Shown here piece after piece: positions 46,446 to 56,809 of a stretch of 64,000 nt of DNA. Under the pieces are notes generated by a model. That model was not told the origin of the DNA. It did no database searches and saw only the letters and a program-made list of their open reading frames with translations. How positions within the stretch are numbered: position 1 is the first letter of the stretch; every line of letters starts with the position of its first letter. This DNA comes from Rhodosorus marinus CCMP1338 (lineage: Eukaryota; Plantae; Rhodophyta). The translations under genes and the position numbers were made by a program. The DNA is taken from the NCBI GenBank assembly GCA_029953675.1, contig JAMWBK010000008.1:1550001-1614000 (forward strand). The letters run 5' to 3'.

Positions 46446-48320
46446 TTAGCTCTTCTTCGGCTTGTTGAGTCGGAGGAAGGCATAGCCGAGAATACGGAGG
46501 ACCACGGTACACATGATCAAGCCGGCGTATGCTGCTCCCCTGGAAACGTTCCCGTACCGCGCCAGCACGAGTTCCTCGTTGACGTCACCCGCGAACTGGG
46601 AGTACATGATCAGTAGGAGTCCGTACTTGATCCAGGACAGGTACTGCAGCCAGCTCAGCCAAACTGGGACGAGCGCCAGATCGATCAAGAATCCGGAGAA
46701 CAGGAACGCGAGGATAATGAACACAGGAACTACCGAGGATGCCACTTGCGCGTCTTTGGCGAACGTTGAGACGCAAATGGTCAGGCTCTCCGATGCCCAT
46801 GAGATCAGGACGACGATTAGTGTAAACTCGAAGAAAGCTCCAGCGTCGATCTTGAACCCGACAATGAAGTAGTTGATCAACGTGAATATCAAGACCACAA
46901 CCACCGTTCTCGGAATCTCAATAAGCGTCCTCGCAACGAAGTACGAAGATACCCTGTACATTCTGCTCGCCCGCTCTCGTAACGCGATCGTCCTCTCCAT
47001 AGGGAAAACAAACAGGATAGCAAAGGCAGAATTGAAGGATTCGTTGATGGAGACAAAAGCAAGGACGCCAATGAGAGCGTTCAACCGGTCCATCGTTGGT
47101 TCACTCCAGTAGTCATAACCCACACCAATCCAGATGAGTCCCAGCAACAGACCCATGACGACTGAGATGCCCACTCGGGTGATGTTCTGTGCTTTGTCCC
47201 TCATCATCAAAATGAACGACCTCTTCAGCAGGTACCACAGCTCCTTCGTCCACGAAGAGTTGTATTTAGAGAATTTTGCATCCTCCTTCGTTCCCAGCAC
47301 ATCGGGCTCCACATAATCGTCAAGCTCGCCATCGTTTTCCGCCGATTCCAAATAGGTCGAAACCAGCATCTCAATCCTCTCAGCGGTCTCCTGCTCCTTC
47401 TCAGTCGTCCTCGAGTCCGAAGATATCAAATCGATCATGAAGTCAGCGGGATTGTACTCGGGAGGACACGCGTGACCCAGCTTCGTAAAGTAAGCAATCG
47501 CCTCGTTGGCGGGGCCAAAGTACACAACTTGCCCTTTGGAGAGAAGCAGTAGCTGATCGAAAAGCGAGAATATATTCGACCTTGGCTGATGGATCGTGGT
47601 GATAATGGTCCTTCCACGTTCAGCCAGACCCCTCAGCGACTGCATCACGTTGAGGGCGTTGAACGAGTCCAGGCCCGAAGTAGGCTCGTCCAGGAAGATC
47701 AGCGATGGACTCGTTACAAGCTCCGTTCCAATGTTCACCCTTCGCTTCTCGCCTCCACTCACTCCCCGAGTGCTCTCACCTCCAATCATCGATTCCTTCA
47801 CGTTTCTCAGGCCCAACTCGTTGATGATCTCCTCCGCCCTAATCTGGCGCCTCTCTTTTCCAACCTTCATCGGAAGTCTCAGGTCCGCCGAGAATTTAAT
47901 CTGCTCCTCAACAGTGAGCGTTTCGAACATGTTATCGCTCTGTTCTACATAAGCCGCGTGCTTTCCGAAAGTTTTGAAGTCACGCTTATTACCGTTAACA
48001 AGCACTTCACCACCGGTCTCAACATTCTTCGACGAAGACAGCCTCCCTGCCAGAAGGTTGAGCAGGGTCGTCTTCCCCGCACCAGATGAACCCATAATCG
48101 CGAGCATCTGCCCGGGCCTCACATCGCCGTTCATCGACTTCAGAATCGGCTTCGCGTTCTTGCCCTTGACCGCGTAGCTCAAGTCCTTCCACTGCAGATG
48201 AACAGGCTCCAACATCGTGCTCATCGTCGGCATGCCCGTCTCCATCGTCCCGTAGCCCATCTCAAGGTCGACAGCCTTCTCCGTCGTATTTCCGTCAACT
48301 GTGTCGACAACGTCAGCCAT
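46446..48320 (-). CDS. ABCG half-transporter, copy B2, intronless
   Basis: Same NBD motifs as A1/A2. Start MADVVDT (48320); TATAAA at 48440-48445. Confidence 0.95.
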   Translation of the reverse strand: MADVVDTVDGNTTEKAVDLEMGYGTMETGMPTMSTMLEPVHLQWKDLSYAVKGKNAKPILKSMNGDVRPGQMLAIMGSSGAGKTTLLNLLAGRLSSSKNVETGGEVLVNGNKRDFKTFGKHAAYVEQSDNMFETLTVEEQIKFSADLRLPMKVGKERRQIRAEEIINELGLRNVKESMIGGESTRGVSGGEKRRVNIGTELVTSPSLIFLDEPTSGLDSFNALNVMQSLRGLAERGRTIITTIHQPRSNIFSLFDQLLLLSKGQVVYFGPANEAIAYFTKLGHACPPEYNPADFMIDLISSDSRTTEKEQETAERIEMLVSTYLESAENDGELDDYVEPDVLGTKEDAKFSKYNSSWTKELWYLLKRSFILMMRDKAQNITRVGISVVMGLLLGLIWIGVGYDYWSEPTMDRLNALIGVLAFVSINESFNSAFAILFVFPMERTIALRERASRMYRVSSYFVARTLIEIPRTVVVVLIFTLINYFIVGFKIDAGAFFEFTLIVVLISWASESLTICVSTFAKDAQVASSVVPVFIILAFLFSGFLIDLALVPVWLSWLQYLSWIKYGLLLIMYSQFAGDVNEELVLARYGNVSRGAAYAGLIMCTVVLRILGYAFLRLNKPKKS

Positions 48321-50759
48321 TGCTCTTATCAATAAAGTAAAAATCTTCTCACTATTCCTCTCTCTATTTCTCTCTGTCCTTGCTTGTTGATGTCCTCCTG
48401 GCTGACCCAAGCTCCCAACCCTCACCTCCACGCTCATTATTTATACTCTTCCAACAACCACCCCGACCTCCCATAGAAAAACCTCCAGAAGACCGCCCCG
48501 CCTGCGCATTTCATCATCATCGGAAGTACGGACTTGCGCAAAGTCCTGATTCTCCTTTGAAAAACAGAACAAGAAACAGTTGTGAAACCATCCTCGTCAA
48601 TGCATGCCTTCACTTTTTTTGCTCAGCCAGTGACCCACAACCCAATCCTACCTATCACACAATTTTGCTTAATGGGACAAAGGTAGCGTGCTTTAAAAGT
48701 AGGTACTAACGATATAGCAGTATTTAAGTGTCACGTACTTAATCAATGAATTAATTAATTTTATATGATTAATAAAAAAATATAGTATGACGAATAAAGT
48801 TAGCAATTGATAGTACAATATTAGTACTGACCGTGGTTTGCGGGTAAAGACGACCCCCCTCTTGTCAGATCTTTTGTAGTTCATCCAATATTGAATGGTA
48901 ATAAAGTTTTGCGAGTTGGCTGGATGTGCCACTTTGTAGATTTGTTTTGTAAAATATTTTGGTCTGGGTTGAATGAACGGAGTAATTTTTTTTGGTTTTT
49001 TGTATCCTCCATGAAGAAGTTTCACATCAATCTTATGAACGGCGAGTTAGTGTGAAATCATTTAGGAGAATAAAATACAACGATTTTCTTTTGACGTTGT
49101 TGGAAACGGACGAGTTTTGAAAATGGGGAAAAAATTTACAAATGTGGACCGCCATGGGAACGATGTTTTTTAAACGACTTTTCTACTTTTTCCTGAAGCA
49201 TTTCCAGTGCAAAACAGTTGGCACACCCCATGAATTTTGAAATGTGAAGTTTTTTGAAGTAAACATATTATTATGGAATAATAGTACGCCACGCGTCCTC
49301 AAATACCTACATATTCTTTTTTTATGCAAAACATATCTTTAAAGTGGTTGATTTGTGAAAATATATATGAGCATTAGACGATCTTTCGTTGGCATTGTTC
49401 ACGTTCAGCATTTTTCTCTTGTATTTTGTAAATAAGTTCTTGGTTGCTGGATATGATTGGCTTTTGTCGCCAGCTGATTTGGCACAGCCAGCTCGTTTTG
49501 GGGGAGGGCGGTCTGTTTCCGTGTTTGTTTGGGGAGGTGTTACAGTGCTGGGGTGCTGATGAGGACGATCTAGAATTTTCGCAGGCCATACTATGATTCC
49601 GAGGAGTTGGCGCAAGTCTAAGGAGCAAACCCTGAACATGTGACCCTTAGAGCGTGGATATGTAGCTCCCAACAAGCCGAAGCAAGCAACTGAGTTGTGA
49701 TACGCGGAACTTTTGCTCGAGGTGCTGGGACTGGCGATCTGTTTGAGCTAAACAATACTCTGAAGTGTATGGCGCACGAATTAGGTAACCTGGGACATCT
49801 AACCCTCAAAGGAACGGCCTTCGAGAACCGACCCAGCAATTTTCCTCACGACTCGGGAAGCAAACAACTCGTTTATGGGTGATAACAGAGTGGGTCCTAA
49901 AGTGAAGACAGCATTCAGCCGATCTGTCTCGTTCATGTTCGGCCTACTGGAAAGATAGCGGGTCGTCTGGAGTCCTAGGACAGGGAAAACGGAGACACGA
50001 GTGGTTGATTGTGTGCGGAGGCTTGTGAGGCGACGAAGGTCATGCAGTGCACGTGCTCCAAGTCGTCCGCATGCGTCTGGGTCACCGGAAAATAAACGAT
50101 CCCACAAGGGTGTTCTAGGACAGAGAAAGAGGACGGTCTCAAGTGCGGTGGTGCCTCTTCTCTACTTGGGGATGCGAGCAGGAATTCTTGCAGCAGGATT
50201 TCTTTCGTTTTTAGAGAAGCAGTGGAGTTTCCTTTACTTTTTATTGGTCCCAGGTCGCCGCACCATCAAAAAATACTAAATTACTTTTCTTCTGCATTTC
50301 CAATTTAAGAAATAATTATGGACTATGAGTGTAAGGAACGATTATGATTACCATTGAGTGGTCCCTAATAGTCAGAAACTACTGAATTATTGTTGTTCGT
50401 AGTTTCTAATCATGGAAATAATTTGCCTGTATATGGACCGAACGAGTGAATACCACATTTGGCTGGCTGTGTGCTCTGCTCGAGATCATGCAGGTGAGAA
50501 ACGGTTGGCGATCCCTGCACGGGAGGAGGTAGAAAATAACATTGCTGTCGATCGGTGTGTGAAACGCTTCACTCTTCACGCTGAACGTTGGGAGTGGCAC
50601 AACCGCTGCTAGAGAGTAGCATTGCTGGCGGGCTGTTTTTTGAAGCGTTTTCCTTTTGGTAGATAGGACGCGTTTGGGCTTTCTACTGGATCTCGGAAGT
50701 CAAGTTCGGAGGTGATCAGGCGCGGGTAGAGAAATCGTTAAGGGGGCCGGTTGCCTAAG

Positions 50760-50980
50760 TTGAAGAACTTCAAATCATCCCGCAGATGAAGTTATTTCAA
50801 ATCCCTTCCAATCGTTAGGCAAAGAACGGAGACGGGAATAAGACTGGTTAACTGGGGGCAACTTTAATCTTGTTTGTGCAGGGCATCCTCATTGTTACCC
50901 TGCCATTCACTGCGGGGATAAGAACTCATCCTATACTTTGGCTTCACGATTACTTGGATCACTTCGAGGCCGAACCTTAA
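50760..50980 (+). mobile_element. Possible Ty3/gypsy RT N-terminal remnant
   Basis: LEELQII / PIVRQRTETGIRLVNWGQL loosely follows the gypsy pattern L...II...SPIV.V.K..G.IRL..D...LN; frameshifted. Confidence 0.22.
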
Positions 50981-52942
50981 ACCCCGAAAACTGCTCCTCT
51001 ACTATTCTTCTCAACGTGTAAGAAACACAAACGCCCGAGTTGGAGGACTAGGCACACTTAAAGTTCAGAAATGTCAAGTGTTCCAGGCGCAACACTCCAC
51101 CACATGCTTCATGGCAAAAAATACAGCGCCGTCGGCTATGAGCGTCCCTCCGGATCAGCTCCGTATTCAAGCGGATCGGCTTAGTCGGAGGCGAAGGCCG
51201 CGAATTTAGTACGCAGTGTCATTCACTTGCGCACAGCGCTCTGCTTAAATCTCATGAAGTGCCAAAGCCTTGCAAGAGCGAACAAGGTGCATGGGGACCA
51301 TCCAAGCCAGCCAAAGACAGAACCGAAAGACGTTGATGGCAAGGGGTTCCTCTCAACTGGTCTGAGCAGATCGCTGCAGAGAACGAATGGGATTCACTAG
51401 GACCGCGTGTCGCATTGCCAGAACCTTTTGGAATCTGTGAAGCTATGGGCAGACCTCATCTGAATTCCCTCCCCGTCATCAGAAATAGGATCAATCCCAG
51501 CATACCCTCTCCAATGATATGTTTCAAGCAAGAAAGAGAAAGCTTCTACAAGATCTTCTTCCGCTCCCGCACAAGCTTGCCCGTCATCATCACATCTGTC
51601 CATCCCGTCAGCGCCGCCTTAAAACCAAAACGCTTAGTCCCTTAGCCAACGACACTAAGAACAGCTGTGCTGTTGCCCGGCCTTCTTTCTCATCGCTTCG
51701 CCGTATCCATTCCACGAGATTCAGGTCAATTTTTTAAGCAAAAAAGGTTGGGAAACCCGCGCTCAACTAAGCCGTCCACGTCATAGAGCGTCCTCTTCGT
51801 CAGGTGAGCTTCTTCTTCACCTCAGGGGTCGTAGACGGATCGTCTTCTTCGTCGCTTCCCATGTTTCTTCTTATGGCGTTCTTCCTCGATAGCCTTTGTC
51901 AGCCTCAAAGTCTATCCGATGACCAATGCTAGCTCTGGTGGTTAGCTAACCGCGTCCATAATCGCAACGTTGACCAGATGGCCATTCCACCAGATTTCAA
52001 ACTAGTTTTTAGCAAAAAAAAGGAAACCATGTCCCTTCTTCTCATTGCGATTTGCGCGAGCGCCTTCTTCTTCGTCTGGTCCAATAGACGGGAGCGTCTT
52101 CCTCGATGTCTCTTCCTCCTTCTTGCCTCCTCATTGAGCCTCATCTCAAAGGTGCTTGGCTCCAAAGAACCCAGACTTTTTTGTCGTGGGAGAGCTTTCG
52201 GTCACACGCTCGAAACGTTCGCAAGCCAAAGGAACTGCTTCGCGGAATGCGCTTGCTGACCATCCTACAGAGCTTGCTAGTGCGTTGAGGTGTTCTTCGA
52301 GTGGCAATGTTCTAGCAGTAACCGAAGCTTGGTACCTCCACACATTCTTTTGATCCTAGCTCTCGCTATCGGCCGCCGGGACGCTCCAGGCCTCCCTTCA
52401 AAGGGCCTCCTGCTTCAAACCGTCGATATAAGTTCAGAATCGAGGGGTATTTTGGAACGAGATTCTTCCGTTTCTGATGAAAAGCTTTAGAGCTTTTTCT
52501 TTCAACGTCGTCGTCTTGTTCGGGGGTAGCGCTCCTTTGTAGAGGGTCTCTGCCAACGACGAAGCTAATTGGTGCGAGTGAAAGAGAAATCTCGTCTTAA
52601 CGAGCATTTCGTTTGGGAATTCTGACGAGACTGGCGAGATCTAAACTTCGTCGTTGAAGAATCTCGTTTGTTGAAGGAGGAGTAACGATTCTGACGAGGG
52701 TTGGCGTTTAAGAGGACGTGGCCGAGCGAGCAAGGAACGGGTGAGAGGGGAAGAAGGGAAGAGGGAGGCAATAAGCACGTTTCTTAGGCTCGTTTTGGGT
52801 GGGGAATACCAAGCTTCGTTGAGTTTTTATGAGTATCTCGGGAGTTGCGTGAAGGAGCTGCTTCGATGGTAGGAGTTTGATTGAGAGGGGGGGTCTTTCT
52901 TTCTTTTTTTGGTTTCCAGGGGAGTGCATGGGAGGAAACAAG

Positions 52943-55900
52943 ATGAATTTCGATTGTCTGCAAGTATCTGTTTCCTGTGGTCTGAGTTTTACCTCATCTG
53001 GGGAGCTCCTTGGCTTGGGTCAGGTTCATGGCGGGCAGCGGCGACAAGTTTGTGAGTCGAGCGGGCGAAATGTTAGGGGGCGGGTGTACATGGTAGCGAA
53101 ATCGCAGAAGCCAAAGTTTTCGCCTCTGCCGAGGGATCCGCTGCCTGATGATGGGGCTTTTCTACCGATTGATATCATCGATGAGGACGAGATTGGACCT
53201 TCGAAGGATCCAAGGAGGCGCGAGAGGAAGCGGAGAAAGAACGAGAAACCTATTGGATACAGAGAGTACATAAAGAAGATTCGGAGCTGCTACAAAACTT
53301 GGAAAAAGTATCGTGGAACGTACGGGATCCAAGAGCTTCTCGTGAAGCTCTCGTATGGTCTGAACGTAGACTGGAGGAATTCGATGAACGTCAAGGCGCT
53401 GAGGAGGAAGTTCAGAGCTTGGAGAGCTCGAGGGGGAGCTCCGTCCGAGGAGGAATACAAGGAAGCGGTGAAAATGGTAACCGACGCAACGATTACTCAG
53501 GAACAGATCGAGCTAGGGCATCGTGTGGTGGAGGCACTACAGTCTGTAAAAACCTGGCAGAGAACTGAGAAGATGCCGGACCTCGAGTCGCTACGGGAGA
53601 TTCTCATCGATCTCGCGCAGTGCGGGGCGTACAAGGAGATGAGACAGGTGATCAAGGAGATGCTTCGACAGGATAGAGAAGTTGACGCGGAGATGTTCTT
53701 CTGTTTGATCCATGCTTGCGTCCTGGGGGACCACATGGAGGGTGCCGCAGCCACCTTGAAGAGGATGAAGTCGAGAAAAACTATTCCCACCGTGTACATG
53801 TACAACTACATCATTCGAGCCTGGTCCTACAGCCGTGAGCTGCGCTTCTTTCGCCTGACGAGGACCTTTGAGGTCGAAATGAAGAATCGAAAGATCGAAC
53901 CCAACATCGAGACTTACGAAGTCATTTTCGACGGCTACGCAAAGACCAATAACCTGAAAGATGCGCCAAGGACATGGGAGACTATGCGACGGCGCCGCGT
54001 GGATCCATCGGTTGAATGCTACAACGGGTACATGGATTGCCACGCTGGGAGAGGAGATGTGCTGGCGTGCAAGTCTCTCTGGAACGAGATGACCCAGCGA
54101 GGTCTCGAACCGAATGCCAACAGCTACGGCGCCCTGATCCGCGCTTACGCCAACGCTGGTGAGTTTGACGACGCGCGTGAAATCGAGCGGGAGATGATGG
54201 AAGATCGCGGCTTCAGGCCGACGCTTAAGTCTCATAATGCGATGATCTGCGCCTACGCAAAGATAGGAGACATGGAGGGATCGATTGCGCGCTTCAAGGA
54301 GCTGCGGAACAGTGCCGTTACGCCGAGCTTGGAGACTTATGGACTGATGGTTGCGGGCTATGCCGAGTCGGGAGATGTTGAGAGGGCGATTGCGGTGTAC
54401 AGGCACGTACTGGACAGGGGCATGAAGCCCAATCTCGCGATGTACAACGCAGTGCTTTCCGCTCTGGCTCTCGCGGGTAGATACGAGGAGGCCAAGAAGT
54501 TCATTCTCAAGTTCAGGAAGGGGCGAAGGGTCACACCAGACGACTACTCGCTCAAGCATCTCATCGACGCCTGTGCGAACGCTGGATTCCTCGGCGGAGC
54601 GAAGGACGCCTTTCACACAACTCAGATGATCCTGCGGCTGAGGCCCGTTCTCCTCACTTGGAACTCGATGCTCCGCGCTTGCGCGCTCTGCGATGACCTG
54701 GAAGCCACTCAGCTCTTCTTCAAGAAGCTGAAGCGAAACAAGCGCTCCAGGGAGAATTCGGAGAGCTACAACTGGGTGGTCGTCGCTTACGCACGCGCGA
54801 GGAAGTTCCAGGAGATGGATTCGATGCTGGACACCATGGTACGTGCAGGCTTCAGCCGAAATCTTGAGAGCAGCAAGGCAATGGTCAAGGCTTTCAGGGT
54901 AGTTGACGACCTGGAGCGAGCCTCGGAAGCTTTCGAGGAGATGATGAGACAGAGGATCACCCCCGACGCGGAGATATGCAATGAGATGATTGAGATGTTC
55001 CTCGAGCATGAGGAGCTGGAGCGTGCGTTGAGCGTCTTTGTAGATATGCAGCAGGTTGACGTAGCACCGGACACGCGGACCTACAACGCCCTCATCAAAG
55101 TTCAAACTGAGAGGAGAGCGATGGTGGAGGTCCTCGCCGTGCATGAGGAGATGAGGCTTCGCAAGGTCAAGCCGGACACTGAGACTTACTGCAATCGGAT
55201 AGCAGCCTTTGGAGCCTTTGGAGACTTGTACAATGCTGTCGGCGTCTTCCTCGAAACTGAGGTCGAAGATGCCGTCGTCCCCACCAACACAAGGATCTAC
55301 GCTGCCCTCATCAACGCTCACGCGATTAACAACGCGCTGAGCGGGGCGGTGGAGACGTTTGCAAGGATGAGAAAGCGCGGCCTTAAGCCTGATTCTGTTT
55401 CTTACACGGCGTTGATTGACGCCTACTCTAGGTGTGGTGACGGGCTCAGTGCCGTGCGTGCGTTTAGAGAGATGGAGCACCTCAACCTGTCCCTGTCGGA
55501 ATCATCTTATGCCACTGTCGTGAAGGCGCACGGGAGGATGAAGGATTTACCCAATGCTAAGCGATTCTATGAGGAGCTACTGTTGGCGCAGGTGCGAGAG
55601 ACAACCGAGGTCATCAACTCGTTAATCTTCGTGCATTGTCAGGTGGGCAATCCGGATGAGGCCCTGGCTCTTCTGCGGAGAATGCAGGAGAGGGAACAAG
55701 TTCCCAAGCTCAAGCCAGACGGAGAGTCGTTTGAGCTCGTCCTCACCGCGCTGTGTAACGAGGGTCGCGTGGAGGAGGCGGAGAAACTATTCGAGGAGAT
55801 GATCACGCGACAGCGTCTGAAGCCATCCAGAGAGGCTTTCGTTGCGATCATGGGAGGGTATGCTGCACGGGGCGACGTCGCGTCAATCCGTTCTCGTGTC

Positions 55901-56809
55901 GAGGAGATGAGGAGCTATGACCGAGTCATCGCGGAGGAGCCGTACGCTGCCCTTATTTCTGCGCACCGCCACGCTGGAGATTTGGCAAGTGCAGAGGCAG
56001 TTCTCGAAGAGCAGCGCGAAAACGGCGTGGAGCCGGGCAGGCTCTCCTACCGAGAGCTTGTCAGAGGGTATAGCGACCAGGGTATTGTCGACGAGGCGCT
56101 GAAGCACTTCGAGAAGATGAACGAAAGCGACGAACAGAACGAAGGCATGACGCCAATCGAGTGCATCTACGAAGACCTACTGGGCGCATTCCTGAATGCC
56201 GGAAGGCACGAAGAGCTGAACCAACTCTTCGAGAGGATGCGCGAGGACGTTCGTGTACAAGTCACATTGCGTGCACTTGGGTTGCTGCTCCGGTCGAAGC
56301 GGGAGAGCGAGGCTCACGATGAGGTCGAATCGGTTTTCGCGGGGATAAGCAAACACGACGTAAACTGCTGGAACGAAGTTTTACAGTCCCGTGCCGAACG
56401 GGGACACTGGGGCGGGGTCATGTCTGGATTCATCAATATGCAGGCTGAGGACGTCGTAGCTGACTGCGAAAGCTATAGGATTCTCACCTCTGCACATCAT
56501 TCCGCGGATGACGTAGACGGGGTTGTCTGGAGTGTGAGAAAGTGGGGTGAGTCGGGTGAGGCTATGGATGTAGAGTTCATCGAGGAGATTATCTCGGCGA
56601 CGCACGAGCTTCAGGGGAAGCTCGACGCTAGGCAGGTTTGGAAGGAAGCTAGTCGCTGGATGCCGACGACAAGCGTGAGTTTCGAAGAGAGCCTGGGACA
56701 GATCACTGAAGAGGAGAAGTTGCTTGAAATGGCTTCGCGTCTCGAGGAGGAGGCTATGGCGGAGAAAGGGATCGAGATCGAGCGAGAAATGCTCGAAGCA
56801 TCATCCTGA
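52943..56809 (+). CDS. Large P-type pentatricopeptide-repeat protein (~1288 aa from MNFD), probably organellar
   Basis: Single long ORF with tandem ~35-aa helical repeats (PTVYMYNYIIRAW, PNIETYEVIFDGYAK, PSVECYNGYMDCHAG, PNANSYGALIRAYAN, PTLKSHNAMICAYAK, PDTRTYNALIK, PDSVSYTALIDAYSR) and a transit-peptide-like N-terminus. Confidence 0.92.
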   Translation: MNFDCLQVSVSCGLSFTSSGELLGLGQVHGGQRRQVCESSGRNVRGRVYMVAKSQKPKFSPLPRDPLPDDGAFLPIDIIDEDEIGPSKDPRRRERKRRKNEKPIGYREYIKKIRSCYKTWKKYRGTYGIQELLVKLSYGLNVDWRNSMNVKALRRKFRAWRARGGAPSEEEYKEAVKMVTDATITQEQIELGHRVVEALQSVKTWQRTEKMPDLESLREILIDLAQCGAYKEMRQVIKEMLRQDREVDAEMFFCLIHACVLGDHMEGAAATLKRMKSRKTIPTVYMYNYIIRAWSYSRELRFFRLTRTFEVEMKNRKIEPNIETYEVIFDGYAKTNNLKDAPRTWETMRRRRVDPSVECYNGYMDCHAGRGDVLACKSLWNEMTQRGLEPNANSYGALIRAYANAGEFDDAREIEREMMEDRGFRPTLKSHNAMICAYAKIGDMEGSIARFKELRNSAVTPSLETYGLMVAGYAESGDVERAIAVYRHVLDRGMKPNLAMYNAVLSALALAGRYEEAKKFILKFRKGRRVTPDDYSLKHLIDACANAGFLGGAKDAFHTTQMILRLRPVLLTWNSMLRACALCDDLEATQLFFKKLKRNKRSRENSESYNWVVVAYARARKFQEMDSMLDTMVRAGFSRNLESSKAMVKAFRVVDDLERASEAFEEMMRQRITPDAEICNEMIEMFLEHEELERALSVFVDMQQVDVAPDTRTYNALIKVQTERRAMVEVLAVHEEMRLRKVKPDTETYCNRIAAFGAFGDLYNAVGVFLETEVEDAVVPTNTRIYAALINAHAINNALSGAVETFARMRKRGLKPDSVSYTALIDAYSRCGDGLSAVRAFREMEHLNLSLSESSYATVVKAHGRMKDLPNAKRFYEELLLAQVRETTEVINSLIFVHCQVGNPDEALALLRRMQEREQVPKLKPDGESFELVLTALCNEGRVEEAEKLFEEMITRQRLKPSREAFVAIMGGYAARGDVASIRSRVEEMRSYDRVIAEEPYAALISAHRHAGDLASAEAVLEEQRENGVEPGRLSYRELVRGYSDQGIVDEALKHFEKMNESDEQNEGMTPIECIYEDLLGAFLNAGRHEELNQLFERMREDVRVQVTLRALGLLLRSKRESEAHDEVESVFAGISKHDVNCWNEVLQSRAERGHWGGVMSGFINMQAEDVVADCESYRILTSAHHSADDVDGVVWSVRKWGESGEAMDVEFIEEIISATHELQGKLDARQVWKEASRWMPTTSVSFEESLGQITEEEKLLEMASRLEEEAMAEKGIEIEREMLEASS

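Larger units (their letters stand above)
29830..48680. repeat. Tandem segmental duplication of a two-ABCG cassette (unit 1 ~29830-39050; unit 2 ~39490-48680)
   Basis: Colinear homologous non-coding blocks: 29830-30186~39490-39865, 32860-33000~42125-42270, 37020-37250~42400-42570, 37620-38180~43100-44010, 38270-38360~46245-46334, 38365-39050~48003-48680. Confidence 0.85.

Noticed and set aside
22118-48320. Phytochelatin synthase + ABCG array as a heavy-metal detoxification cluster
   Set aside because: They are 7 kb apart with unrelated genes (APTX-like, DnaJ, MYB) between them. Phytochelatin-metal transport is known for ABCC/HMT1, not White-type ABCG. No shared regulatory motif was seen.
51397-52770. 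Possible minus-strand K/R/E-rich spliced gene divergent from the PPR gene
   Set aside because: Short ORFs in different frames could not be joined confidently, and no family was recognised.
53591-55480. 629-aa antisense ORF over the PPR gene, and similar antisense ORFs over the ABCG, fibrillin and peptidase genes
   Set aside because: Shadow ORFs from codon bias of the real genes; no recognisable motifs.
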